Shown here: piece after piece, positions 13,429-25,572 of the stretch
Position numbering within the stretch: the first letter of the stretch is position 1
Layout: every line of letters begins with the position of its first letter
Origin: Octopus vulgaris
Taxonomy: Eukaryota
Length of the DNA: 64,000 bases
Reading direction: 5' to 3'
Assembly (NCBI GenBank): GCA_951406725.2
Contig: OX597835.1
Coordinates: 41,168,001 to 41,232,000, forward strand
The notes under the pieces: model-generated
The model's database searches: none
What the model was told of the DNA's origin: nothing
The model's input: only the letters and a program-made list of their open reading frames with translations
Made by a program: the position numbers and the translations under genes

Positions 13429-13825
13429 CATACACACATATATACGACAGGCTTCTTTCAGTTTCCGTCTACCAAATCCACTCACAAGGCATTGGTCGGC
13501 CCGGGGCTATAGCAGAAGACACTTGCCCAAGATGCCACGCAGTGGGACTGAACCCGGAACCATGCGGTTGGTTAGTAAGCTACTTACCACACAGCCACTG
13601 TTTTTTATTTTTTTTAATTGCAAAGTCTTCAATGACATCATTAAAATTAATTTTATGTAAAACTCCTGCTTCTATACTTGGTAGAGATAAGGCATCTCGA
13701 ATATTATTTTAGCAAGTTTAAAGTGATTTCTTTTGTGCAGTAGACCATTTTCCTTTTTGTAGTGCACCCTATCCTTTGATGCCCTAAGCATGTGCTTATT
13801 TTGCTTAATGGTTAATCCAACGCTA
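12880..13825. mobile_element. Non-autonomous hAT element with 8-bp TSD GCTAAGGA and nested SINE A
   Basis: Starts CAGGGCCGGATTAA, ends TTAATCCAACGCTA; GCTAAGGA at 12872-12879 and 13826-13833. Confidence 0.8.
13150..13599 (-). mobile_element. SINE family A, full length, nested in hAT
   Basis: Complete head, internal microsatellite and tail. Confidence 0.88.
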
Positions 13826-14242
13826 GCTAAGGATCTTTCCTGGGAGCAAAAGTGCATCCTTAACATAGCTAGGGCCACATCACAAAGACTGGCCCTTCTC
13901 TTCTGGGCCAGAAAATATTTCAGTCTCCAACAGCTACTGACTTTCTACAATGCTGAGGTGAGCCCTAGAACAGAGCACTGCTCCCACATCTGAGATGGGG
14001 CTGGTCAAGGCCATCTTAGTAGCATTGTAGGGCTCCACAGGAAAATCAATGCAGTGGGCCCTATATTATTTGTTTACTGACAGCAAGCCACAGCACACCT
14101 AGGTCAGAATGCCTACACCTTAAGATGACACTGGTGCCACTGGTATGCACAGAAACATTCTGGGCTACATCTAGAGAATACCCACTCAGCTAATTAGCAT
14201 TTAGTCATTAATAAAAATTGTGTGTGTGTGTGTGTTGTCATG

Positions 14243-14565
14243 AAGGTGTGTGGCCAAGTGGTTATGGCATTTGGCTTATGATTGTAAAATCATGAGTTCA
14301 ATTTCTGGTGGTGCAATGTATCCTTGAACAAGACACTTCACTTCACAATGCTCCAGTCTACTTAGCTGGCAAAAATGAGTTGTACCAGTAATTTAAAAGG
14401 GCCAGTCTTCTCACATCCTGCGTCATGTTGAAAATCCCTGAGAACTACATTAATGATATACATGTCTGTGGAGCACTCAGCCACTTGCACATTAATTTCA
14501 CAATCAGGTTAGTCCATTGATCAGATCAACTAGGACCCATTTTGTTATAACCGACAAAATGCTAG
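14243..14565 (+). mobile_element. Old tRNA-derived CORE-like SINE
   Basis: TGGCCAAGTGG A box, GAGTTCAATTTC B box, TCCTTGAACAAGACACTT...GCTCCAGTCTACTTAGCTGGCAAAAATGAGT core-like block. Confidence 0.65.
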
Positions 14566-15109
14566 TGTGTGTTGGATTTACATGTTGTCTGCTTAGGTTT
14601 ACAAATATTTCCGAAGAGACATTCACTTTGCTTTATGACTAATATGGCTGTTGTAAAGGACTAATTAATATATCTTGGTGATCTTGATGTTTACATCTGT
14701 TTTCACTAAGTTTGTGAGAGCCAAGTCTGCAATTTTAGTGCCTCAAGGACTTTAACAAATTGCAAGGCATTCTATTTCTATATCTGATATATTTTTGATT
14801 TGAAGAATGTATCTTTTTGAATTAGATAATTTGTTGGAATCCAAAATTATTTTAAAACAAGGATTATTTTCTCTTTAAATATGCATGTGTTCTGTTTATT
14901 GGGAGGGGTAGTGTACATTTATAAAATATGCATGCTGTCATCATTATCATCATTGTTTTTATGTCTACTCCTCCATGTTTTCATGGAAAGTAGATATTAA
15001 GGAATTTGTTGAGGCAGATTTTTTACAGCCTCATACCCTTCCCATTGCTATCCATCATCTGTTTCCCAGCAAGGTAATATTTTCCAATATCTGGACATGT
15101 TTGCACTGA

Positions 15110-16000
15110 GCAAATGCAGAATGAATGGAAAAAGGATTGAAATATTAGCAAGTGCAGTAAGCTAGCATAAAAAGAGTATAAACACACTCATGACTGTGTT
15201 GGTAAAAGTGTCCATTGGAACATTACCCAAGTTTGTGGATTTGAAATGATGGTAAAGTGGTACAAATATGAGCCAGAGCTGCAATGGTGGAGGCATATGG
15301 CCTAGTGGTTAGAGAAGCGGACTCGCGGTCGAGGGATCGCGGGTTCGAATCTCAGACCGGGCGATGTGTGTGTTTATGAGTGAAAACACCTAAGCTCCAC
15401 GCGGCTCTGGCAGAAAGTAATGGCAAACTTCTGCTGACTCTTTTGCCACAACTTTCTCTCACTCTTTCCTCCTGCATCTTGCAGCTCACCTGCGATGGAC
15501 CGGCGTCCCATCCAGGTGGGGAACTTATACACCAAGAGACTGGGAAACCAGCCCTTATGAGCCAGGCATGGCTCAATAAGGAACAAAAAAAAAATAGCTG
15601 CAATGGTGAATAATTACAAGATTTTATGGGATATCTCCATAGAGACTGATATTATTTAAGCAAGGAGACCAGAAGTGATTGTGGAGGAGAGAAAAACAAA
15701 CAGACAGTATGAGAGCATTGGCTTTGTAGAACCACATGATAGCAGAGTGGATCTCAAAGAAGCTGAGAAAACTGAGGAATATCAGGAATTAATCAAAATG
15801 ATGAAAAGATTGTGGAAGACAATGGTGAACATTGCACCTGTGGAAATTGGTGCACTTGACACAACAACCAAAATGCTACCTGAGAGGCTGGAGGCTGTTG
15901 GAACTGAGATGTACAGTGCTGACCTACAGAAAAGTGCAATCTTGAATTCTATAAGAATCTTAAAAAAATATTCTTGAGATCTGAGGAGACATGTTATCAT
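15110..16000 (+). pseudogene. R4/Dong-like LINE C-terminal (RLE) remnant interrupted by a SINE
   Basis: CSKLA*KEYKHTHDCVGKSVHW, WYKYEP, ILWD, RRPEVIV, KTEEYQEL, PVEIGAL and LQKSAILNSIRILKK motifs. Confidence 0.75.
15290..15595 (+). mobile_element. SINE family C, tail type 2, full length with 13-bp TSD
   Basis: TGGCCTAGTGG and GGTTCGAATC boxes; A-rich end; AGCTGCAATGGTG at 15277-15289 and 15596-15608. Confidence 0.9.
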
Positions 16001-16136
16001 CAAACATCACAACAACATTCCTGCAAATTTGATATAGCATGTAATAGCTTCTGTATAAAATAATGATTCGAGCGTTTTCTTTTTTACAGCTGGCTTGGTC
16101 AGATGTGCTAGATTTTGGTAAATTATAATTCCTGGG

Positions 16137-16356
16137 TTTTACGGAGATGTACTTGCATAGCAAGTGATTTGATCTGAGATCGTGTGCTGAAACGAAAAAA
16201 ATTGCAGCGTGGAAGGTGTTTGTAAGCCATTTAAGAAGCACACAAAAGCCATTCGATTCACTTCAACATTTAAGTTTAATTTGTCAAAATATTTTCGTCG
16301 CTTTAAGACCGCAACCTGTTCACTGACAAAAATATTTTGACAAATTAAACTTAAAT
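16137..16356 (-). mobile_element. Short Penelope-like insertion with terminal inversion and 12-bp TSD
   Basis: ATAATTCCTGGG at 16125-16136 and 16355-16366; 28-bp perfect inverted repeat 16268-16295/16329-16356; contains a hammerhead fold. Confidence 0.65.
16280..16330 (-). ncRNA. Minimal type I hammerhead ribozyme-like motif, G3-C8 core variant
   Basis: tttgtca-GTGAACA-g-gttgc(9 nt)gcgac-GAAA-atat-TT-tgacaaa: 7-bp helix I, 5-bp helix II, palindromic AATATT helix III. Confidence 0.6.
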
Positions 16357-16624
16357 AATTCCTGGGACATTTTCAAAATGTATTTCAAAGGTAACCAATT
16401 GTTTAGAACAAAAATACGTAGGAGTATTTTTCTTACCTTGTTCATTCTTGCTCTGATAAAGGTGGTACATGACTGACCAGCGGACTTGGACACCGGTAAC
16501 TACCAGAAAAACCACCACCACCACCACCACCGTCGCCGCTGCCACCAGCACCAGCACCACCACTACCAGCACCACTACCACCACCACCACCAGCTGTACC
16601 ACCGCTGCCAGCAGCAACAACAGT

Positions 16625-16962
16625 GGAGGCGCAATGGCCCAGTGGTTAGAGCAGCGGACTCGCGGTCGGAGGATCACGGTTTCGATTTCCAGACCGGGCA
16701 TTGTGTGTGTTTATTGAGTGAAAATACCTAAACTTCCACGAGTCTCTGGCAGAGGGTGATGGCGACCCCTGTTGTACTCTTTCGTTCCAACTTTCTCTCA
16801 CTCTTTCTTACTGTTCCTTGTCCTCGACTTCCTACGCAACCGCTGAGCCTGGATGCGCATTCATCCATCCGTCAATGCTCTCGGTGTCGGGGGTTGACCT
16901 GCTTTCTCTTCTGCGGGTCTTACGAATAGCAAAGGACCACGTTTCGGACTCCTCCCACTACA
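16625..16962 (+). mobile_element. SINE family C, tail type 3
   Basis: Same tRNA head and central block as 15290 and 6735; unrelated 3' part after ~16810. Confidence 0.8.
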
Positions 16963-17875
16963 GACAATCCTGAGGCACGATCTTGCGAGCTCTGGGACGA
17001 AGACCACAGCAACAACACCAACACCAACACCAGTATTATCATGCCTAATGTTGATGTTCATGTTGTTGTCATCACCTCTTTTGCTCACTGGCAACTCTTG
17101 TGCTTGTCCTCCTCCTCCTCCTCCTCGTCATCATCATCATCATTATCGTCATCACTGTTATGACTTTAACACACTTCCCCTCCCCCCGATCTTTCAATCT
17201 TCACATCATTTTAACTTTGTCTCAGAGACCCCCCACCTCACTCCAACTAATCTTGCCATGCTGCAACCATTCAATCTTCACTTGTCCTTTGCGGAGAGGG
17301 ACCTTAATACCTATTGGTAATTATTCATCTCCTAGTGAGAGAGGGATAGCAGGGGTGGGTGGGCGAGGGGTAATTATTATCAGGACCATCAATACTGTTT
17401 CCATAAACACATCAAAATATCTCTCAGACCCCTTGCCCCCACTTCTTAAATCACTTAGAAATCTATTCAGCACCCCCCACACAGATATGTTCTTTATAAC
17501 CCTTCCATTCTGGGATGTTTGGGTTTTTTTTATAGCATAAAACATTTTATATATTTACTTCTTTAACCACAAGAAAAAGTTATGAAGGGGTAAGTAGGGG
17601 GGGGGGAGCCGCAAAGAAAGGCAGCTCTTAAAACATTGGAAATATATCGGTTAGTGCAATATACGTATCTATATTTATCTATCAACCTATACACATACAT
17701 ACATGCATATACACACATACACTTACACATGTGCGCACGCACACACGCACACACTCACTCACACACACATCCATTAATACATGCATACATACACATAAAT
17801 ATATATTTGTGTGTGTGTGTGAACTTTTATATTATATATATATATATTCATACATTTAGATAAATGTATATATGC

Positions 17876-17928
<53 letters not shown>

Positions 17929-18068
17929 TTATATATATATATATAATATATATGAATATAGATATAAATATATGTATGTGTATATATATGTTATATATAT
18001 AACATATATAATATACATTCACACCTATAAACACATATACATATATATATGCATATATATGTGTATGT

Positions 18069-18146
<78 letters not shown>

Positions 18147-18220
18147 AATATATATATAGATAGATAAATAAAACTTATATATGTATACACACACATACAC
18201 ACACACACACATATATACTA

Positions 18221-18256
<36 letters not shown>

Positions 18257-18662
18257 GAAAAACAAAAACCAGGGAAGGCGCTGAAGACATCCTGAGGCTG
18301 ACATGATTCAATTTCACTCAAGCTATTTGATTCTGGATGACTTTAAATTATCAGGCAGCTGTTTAGGTTGGTCCTTCCAATCTTAAATGGGCCGTCTTCA
18401 GAGCTTTCAACACAGCACTACCCACTTCATTTCTTTTCTTTGTCAGTCTCAGACTTTACTCAAGTCTACCACCACCACCACATCACTCTTCTACTAAACT
18501 AAACACTTCTCTTCAGTTATTCACCAATAAAATACATTTCCCTAAAAATCCAACCCCCTTTCATGCTCTCCTTTGGATAATATTTTTAATTTTGGATTTG
18601 TTTGTTGTATTTCACTGTTTGAAATAATTTTTTTGTCATTTTCTGTTTCTTTTGCTACCCCC

Positions 18663-18720
<58 letters not shown>

Positions 18721-18839
18721 CTTTTCCACTCTACATAAATTGTGTATTGAGTCCATATTGAACTATGGTCTTACTAGATCTATACTCAAAATATTCCATA
18801 CATCACCATCATCATCATCATCATCATTGCCAATGACCA

Positions 18840-19162
18840 TTGCCAGAGCAGCCAACTGGCTTCCATGCCAGTGGCACATAAAAGGGCACCATTCGAGCGT
18901 GATCTTTACCAATGTCGCCTTACTGGCACCTGTGCTGGTGGCATATGTAAAAGGATTCAAGCGAAGTCGTTGCCAGTACCGCCTGACTGGCCCCCGTGTC
19001 AGTGGCATGTAAAAAGCACCCACTACACTCTTGGATTGGTTGGCGTTAGGAAGGGCATCCAGCTGTAGAAACTCTGCCAAATCAAGATTCGCCAGCCCTC
19101 AGTCAAAATTGTCCAACCCATGCTAGCATGGAAAGCAGACGTTAAACGATGATGATGATGAT
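18840..19162 (+). mobile_element. RTE LINE 3' UTR fragment with (GAT)n tail
   Basis: GGTTGGCGTTAGGAAGGGCATCCAGCTGTAG...GACGTTAAACGATGATG, same as the 3' end of the RTE at 22033-22840. Confidence 0.85.
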
Positions 19163-19459
19163 CATATATATATATATATCATTGCTGTTGTATGTCCAAA
19201 TTTGGCCAAATGCGTTTTTTTCAATATTTATTTTTGCTTGCAATAGCTGGTTCTTTTGGTCAAACTATCGTATCTCCAGCTGCTTTAGATGCAAAGATAT
19301 CAAAAATTGTCAAAGCGTAGTACAATGGTTTTGCTATGGAATGGTGAAACTATTTTTTCATATTCTGAAAAAGCAATGCATTGGACTTACGGCACTTTGC
19401 ATGAAACCAATGACACACACACACACACAGCCACACACACACACACACACACACACATA

Positions 19460-19858
19460 CATCATCATCATCATCATCATCGTTTAACGTCCGCTTTCCA
19501 TGCTAGCATGGGTTGGATGGTTCAACTGGGGTCTGGGAAGTCAGGAGGCTGCACCAGGCTCCAGTCTGGTTTGGCAGTGTTTCTACAGCTGGATGCCCTT
19601 CCTAACGCCAACCACTCTGTGGGTGTAGAGGGTGCTTTTTACGTGCCACTGGCACAGCGGCCAGGGGAGGCTGGCAACGGCCACGATCGGTTGGTGCTTC
19701 TTACAGGCCACCGGCACGGAGGCCAGTCAAGGCGGTGCTGGCAACGGCCACATTCAGATGTTTCTTTTATGTGCCACCGGCACTGGTGTCACAACTGCCA
19801 TTTCCATTGATTTTTGATCGATTTCGATTTCACTTGCCTCAACAGGTCTTCACAAGCA
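19460..19858 (-). mobile_element. RTE LINE 3' UTR fragment
   Basis: (CAT)n-CGTTTAACGTCCGCTTTCCATGCTAGC start; internal ~60-bp repeats. Confidence 0.85.
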
Positions 19859-20012
19859 GAGTTCAGCATCATAATCATCACCATTATCACCATCACTCTA
19901 TCACTACTACTATTGTAAGTGTCATCATTATTTTAACGTCCACTTTCCTATGCCTGCGATGGTCAACTGAAAATCACTGAAGCGGGTTTTCTTCAGACAG
20001 ATATGCGCTCCT

Positions 20013-20415
20013 TGGTGGCGAGTTGGCAGAATCGTTAACACGCTGGGCGAAATGCTTAGCAGTATTTCATCTGCCGCTACGTTCTGAGTTCAAATTCCGC
20101 CGAGGTCGACTTTGCTTTTCATCCTTTCGGGGTCAATAAATTAAGCACCAGTTATGCACTGGGGTCGATATAATTGACTTAATCCATTTGTCCCCACTGT
20201 GTGTAGCCCCTTGTGGGTAGTAAAGAAATAGGTATTTCATCTGCCACTACGTTCTGAGTTCAAATTCCGCCGAGCTTGACTTTGCCTTTCATCCTTTCGG
20301 GGTCAATAAATTAAGTACCTGTTATGCACTGGGGTTGATGTAATCGACTTAATCCCGTTGTCTGTCCTTGTTTGTCCCCTCTGTGTTTAGCCCCTTGTGG
20401 GCAATAAAGAAATAG
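20013..20415 (+). mobile_element. SINE family B tandem dimer
   Basis: Full unit followed by a 5'-truncated second unit; junction AAAGAAATAGGTATTT. Confidence 0.85.
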
Positions 20416-20433
20416 GATATGTTTTCCTTGGAT

Positions 20434-20570
20434 GACTGGAAGAGAAGGACACCACCAGTATGACAGTGGCACTTGTTTACGACTATGATGCAATAATTGA
20501 GGACTGGAAGAGAAGGACACCACCAGTATAACAGTGGCACTTGTTTACGACTATGATGCAATAATTGAGG
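20434..20570. repeat. 68-bp tandem duplication
   Basis: GACTGGAAGAGAAGGACACCACCAGTAT... at 20434 and 20502. Confidence 0.9.
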
Positions 20571-20649
20571 CAAGAGGCAGTTTGCTGCACTACAAACCTG
20601 TTCAACATCAATCAGCATGGAGAAACGGATGACAAAGGAATGAGGAAGT

Positions 20650-21262
20650 GTAATGATGCTGATGATGCCGATGATGATGATGACAATGGTGGTAGTAATG
20701 ATGATGATGATAGTGGTGATGATGACAATGATAGTGACAATGATGGTTGTGGTGGTGGTTGTATCTGTGGTGGTAGTGGTGGTGATGGGCATGATGATGA
20801 TGATGATGATGGCAATGATGGTGATGATGATGATTATAGCGATGATGATGATGGTGACGACAATGATGATGACAATGATGGTGATCATATATGATGGCGA
20901 TGATAATTGTGATGATGACAATAGTGATGATGATGACGACAACGACGATGATGATGATGATGATGGTGACGACTATGATGATGCCAGTGGTGGTGGTAGT
21001 GATGACAACAATGACAACAGCGATGAGGAGAAGAAGGTGGATGGTGGTGATGATGATGATGATGATGATAATGATGATGATGATGAGGAGGAGGAGGAGG
21101 ATAGTGATGATTGTTGTGATGATGAGGATGATGATGACAGCAACAACAACAATGATGATGATGATGACGATGACAACGATGACAATGATGATAACGATGT
21201 TGATGATGATGATGATGACAAACAACAATGATGATGATGCTTTTGATGATGAGGAGGAAGAG
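20650..21262. repeat. Degenerate (GAT)n tract
   Basis: Direct inspection. Confidence 0.9.
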
Positions 21263-21940
21263 AATTAGAACGGTGATGTTAATAACTACAATGATGGCAA
21301 TTACGACCGTGAGACAAGTAACTGTTTAAACTGATGTCATTACATAATTAGTAGCGTGTAATTAGTATTTTAATTGACATCAGAAAGAATATTAAAGTCA
21401 AGTCGACCAAACTGAAACAAAATTCCTTGAAATGCTGACATTGGTAAATAACAACTGTAAGGCATCAGGTCTCACAATGAGCCGACCACTCCCAGAGTAT
21501 TCGGTGGTTTTCGGTTCCAACGGCTCCTATTATAGTTTGGTGCTACTATTATTAACTATGCTGGAGTAATTTCACCGAAGTAAGTTAAATAAACTTGCTG
21601 ACATTCTCTCTCCTTAGTTTTACAGAGTTTTTTTAGTACAGAGATGGAGGGGGGGGGAGTTGTACTTTGATTGTGTGTGTGTGTGTATGTGTGTGTGTAT
21701 TCATTTGTGAGAGTTTGTAATTGATGATGATTATGTATGTGCGTGTGTGTGTGTGTTAGTGAGGGAGAGAGAGAGAGAGAGAGGGAAATAGTGTGAATGA
21801 AATTGTGTGTTCTATGTAAATGTGTGTGTATTCATCAACCTGTGTGTATAAAAGTATGCGTATGTATAGATGTAAGGTTATCTATCTGTTAGGCTATCTA
21901 TCTTTCTATTTATACACACACACACATGTATGTGTATATA

Positions 21941-21976
<36 letters not shown>

Positions 21977-22032
21977 TGCCAGCATGAAAAAGAGGCATTA
22001 AATGATGATGATGATGATGATGAGGATGGCAA

Positions 22033-22840
22033 TCATCATCATCATCATCGTTTAACGTCCGCTTTCCATGCTAGCATGGGTTGGACGGTTCAACTGGGGT
22101 CTGGCAAGCCCGAAGGCTGCACCAGGCCAGTCAGATCTGGCAGTGTTTCTACAGCTGGATGCCCTTCCTAACGCCAACCACTCCGAGAGTGTAGTGGGTG
22201 ATTTTATGTGCCACCGACACAGGTGCCAGACGAGGCTGGCAGATGGTCACGCTCGGATGGTGTTTTTTTATGTGCCACCGACACAGGTGCCAGACGAGGC
22301 TGGCAGATGGCCACGCTCGGATGGTGTTTTTTATGTGCCACCGATACAGGTGCCAGACGAGGCTGGCGAACGGCTACGATCGGATGGTGTTTGTTACGTG
22401 CCCACAGCACGGAGGCCAGTCAATGCGGTACTGGCTACGGTCCCGTTCGGATGGTTTTCTTATGTGCCACCGGCACTGGTACCACAAGGATACAAATTCC
22501 ATTGATGTTCATCTATTTTGATTTGATTCGATTTGACTTTCACTTGCCTCAACAGGTCTTCACAAGTATCACAAGCAGGAAGGTATGCACAGGTGGACTG
22601 ACTACGTCCCAGGTAGGGGCCATGGGTTATGGCTTCAATAGTCTTGCCGGGTCTTCTCACGCACAGCATACTTCCATAGGTCTCGGTCTCTAGTCATTTC
22701 CATGGTGAGACCTAACGTTCGAAGGTCGTGCTTCACCACCTCGTCCCAGGTTTTCCTGGGTCTACCTCTTCCACGGGTTCCCTCAACTGCTAGGGATTGG
22801 CACTTTCTCACACACCTATCTTCATCCATTCTCGCCACAT
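22033..22840 (-). mobile_element. 5'-truncated RTE LINE (ORF end + 3' UTR + (GAT)n tail)
   Basis: VEGTRGRGRPRKTWDEVVKHDLRTLGL...RDRDLWK C-terminus followed by UTR with 63-64-bp repeats. Confidence 0.9.
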
Positions 22841-23091
22841 TCTCGCAATGACAATATGATATGCTTCCTCTCCAAACTTACTCACAAGGCATATGTTTGG
22901 TCTGGGACTATAGCAGAAGGCACTTGCCCAAGGTGCTGTGCGGTGGGATTGAACCCAAATCCACATAGTTGCAAAGCAAGTTTCTTAAACACACAGCCAT
23001 GCCAGCACCAATGGTCATGAGTCCATGCATGCCCCCATATATGTGTGTGTGTGCTCGTGCACATGTGTGTGTGCATGTGTGTATAATAATA

Positions 23092-23448
23092 TTTAACATG
23101 TTCCCGTACACTCAGACACAAGAAGACTTTTTGTTACAGAAATAGTCTTAGGACAAAAATCTTCTTGTAGATAATACATGTTCGAACAGATCTCATCACT
23201 GGGTTATGAATGGTGTCATCTGATACATGCATTTCTGTATTGTTGCACTTCATCAGCTATGAACACTGAATCAGTCTTTCATAGTTCTGTAAGATTGCTC
23301 ATTGTTATATATAAGAAAAGCAAGTACAACATTTGCTGATATGCGTATGCAGCAGTATGTACAGTCATCTTTTACATTGTTCCTGTACACTTGGACATGG
23401 GAAAACCTCTTGCTGGGAAGACACCTGAGTGTACGTGAACATGTTAAA
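23092..23448 (-). mobile_element. Element with 24-bp terminal inverted repeat and decayed hammerhead-like motif (Penelope-like?)
   Basis: TTTAACATGTTCCCGTACACTCAG / CTGAGTGTACGTGAACATGTTAAA; CTGATGA...GAAA on the minus strand at 23232-23256. Confidence 0.45.
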
Positions 23449-23633
23449 CAAGATTGTACACATATATATTTATTTCGACATTGTCTCAGACACCCATTGT
23501 TAATGTATAGTTATATATTTATACATATACTAATATATGCACACAGCCACATCCACCTATTCACACACCTACCACTATAGCTGCTAACCTCTCAGAGCGA
23601 CATTAACACAGCTGCACAGATCCTACCACACGT

Positions 23634-23664
<31 letters not shown>

Positions 23665-23989
23665 GAGGCTACACAATCACAACCACTTCTCATACACACA
23701 CACAGTTACCACCATATGCACACATGCTACCATGCACACACACACACATAAAGTTACTGCCACACACACATGCTATCATGCATAAACATACTACCACACA
23801 CACACACACAGAGGCTACACAATCACAACTACTTCTCACACACGCACACACACACAGTTACCACCATATGCACACATGCTACCATGCACACACACACACA
23901 CACATAGAGTTACTGCCACACACACATGCTACCATGCATACACATACTACCCGCACACACACAGAGGCTACACAATCACAACCACTTCT

Positions 23990-24038
<49 letters not shown>

Positions 24039-24139
24039 ACACTGACTATCTTCACACTCTCCTGTCCTAGAAAACACTTTCTCTTCCTCCTTCTACTTCT
24101 GGTTACTTCAGAAATGTAACAGCATATAGAATGTTGGTG

Positions 24140-24320
24140 ATTTTTCCTCCTTCTTTCTTTCCCTATGGACTTTCCTGTTTTTCCTGTTTCCGATGAAGAG
24201 TTATGCTCAAAACATAAAACAACAACTCTCTTCTTCCTCCAAGCGACATATTAATACATTGCTTGTGCTACATCCCCATGTTTGTTCGTTTCTCTTTTTT
24301 TATCTTATTTATAATTGATT
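24140..24320 (+). mobile_element. Decayed Penelope-like 3' terminus with degenerate hammerhead
   Basis: GTTT-CCGATGA-AGAG-TTATG-CTC-AAAACATA-AAAC; downstream similar to the reverse complement of 32848-32970. Confidence 0.55.
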
Positions 24321-24464
24321 ATATGTATATATATGTATGTATATATGTATGTACATATATATGCATGTATATGTTTGTATATGTATGTGTGTGTGGGTAT
24401 GTATATATGTATATGTAAATATATATATATACACACATATATATACCACCAACACATAGACATA

Positions 24465-25487
24465 ACGGCCACGCTACGGATGGTGTTTGTTACGTGCCCT
24501 CAGCACGGAGGCCAGTCGATGTGGTACTGGCTATGGTCACGCTCGGATGGTTTTCTTATGTGCCACCGGCACTGGTACCACAAGGATACAAATTCCATTG
24601 ATGTCCATCGATTTTGATTTGGTTTGATTTGATTTGATTTGATTTGATTGATTTTTCACTTGCCTCAACAGGTCTTCACAAGTGTCACAAGAGGAAGGTA
24701 TGCACTGGTGGACTGACTACGTCCCAGGTAGGAGCCATGGGTTATGGCTTCACTAGTCTTGCCGGGTCTTCTCACGCACAGCATATTTCCATAGATCTCA
24801 GTTTCTAGTCATTTCCATGGTGAGACCTAACGTTCTTCTTAGGTACAACATTTCTCTCAAGGTACTAACGCTCTGTCGAGTAAGTACACTGACATTACAC
24901 ATCCATCGGAGCATACTGGCTTCATTCCTCACGAGCTTACGCATGTCCTCAGCAGTCACGGCCCATGTTTCACTGCCATGTAGCATGGCTGTTTGTACAC
25001 ATGCATCATACAGTCTGCCTTTTACTCTGAGCGAGAGGCCTTTAGTCTCCAGCAGAGGTAAGAGCTCCCTAAACTTTGCCCAGGCTATTCTTATTCTAGC
25101 AGTTACACTTTCAGCGCACCCACCCCCACTACTGACTTGGTCACCTAGATAACGGAAGCTATCAACTACTTCTAGTTTTTCCCCCTGGAAAGTGACGGAA
25201 GTTGTTTTCTGCAGATTTTCGGAGGTCAATGCTCCCGAGCATCTGCCACATACAAAAACTATCTTCCCAGTTAGCCTACCTTTGACATTGCTGCACCTCT
25301 TATGTGTCCATAGCTTACACTGGGTACATCTTATAGAGTTTCTACCTACACCTTTTCTACAGATCGAGCAGGGCCAACTACCTGAGGATATTTGTGGATT
25401 GTCTACCTTTCTACTTATTAGTACTTTGGTTTTAGCTAGGTTGACTCTAAGGCCCCTCGATTCTAAACCCTCCTTCCACACCTGGAA

Positions 25488-25490
<3 letters not shown>
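24465..25490 (-). pseudogene. RTE LINE fragment (RT C-terminus with PHD-like Cys cluster; internal deletion)
   Basis: GLRVNLAKTKV, CSIC...CTQC..H..C...CGRC, FRYLG, HGSETWA motifs. Confidence 0.9.
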
Positions 25491-25540
<50 letters not shown>

Positions 25541-25572
25541 ATATATAGGCTTCTGTATTTGTGTATGTATAG

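Larger units (their letters stand above)
12840..14005 (+). pseudogene. Decayed CR1-group LINE RT C-terminal fragment, split by a hAT element
   Basis: Rejoined flanks read LGLTIAKDLSW...RLALLFWARKYFSLQQLLTFY...EHCSHI*DGG. Confidence 0.6.

Noticed and set aside
14007-14132. Possible small hAT-like MITE
   Set aside because: Imperfect inverted ends and no TSD found
15290-15365. Possible tRNA gene
   Set aside because: The tRNA-like head continues into a SINE body with an A-rich tail and TSD; no complete acceptor stem
19210-19320. 36-codon ORF with signal-peptide-like start (MRFFQYLFLLAIAGSFGQ)
   Set aside because: Too short, no splice or homology support; T-rich DNA yields hydrophobic peptides by chance
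21440-21630. Unique CpG-containing stretch with a GTAAGT donor-like site (possible host exon)
   Set aside because: No convincing acceptor or open frame; needs RNA-seq
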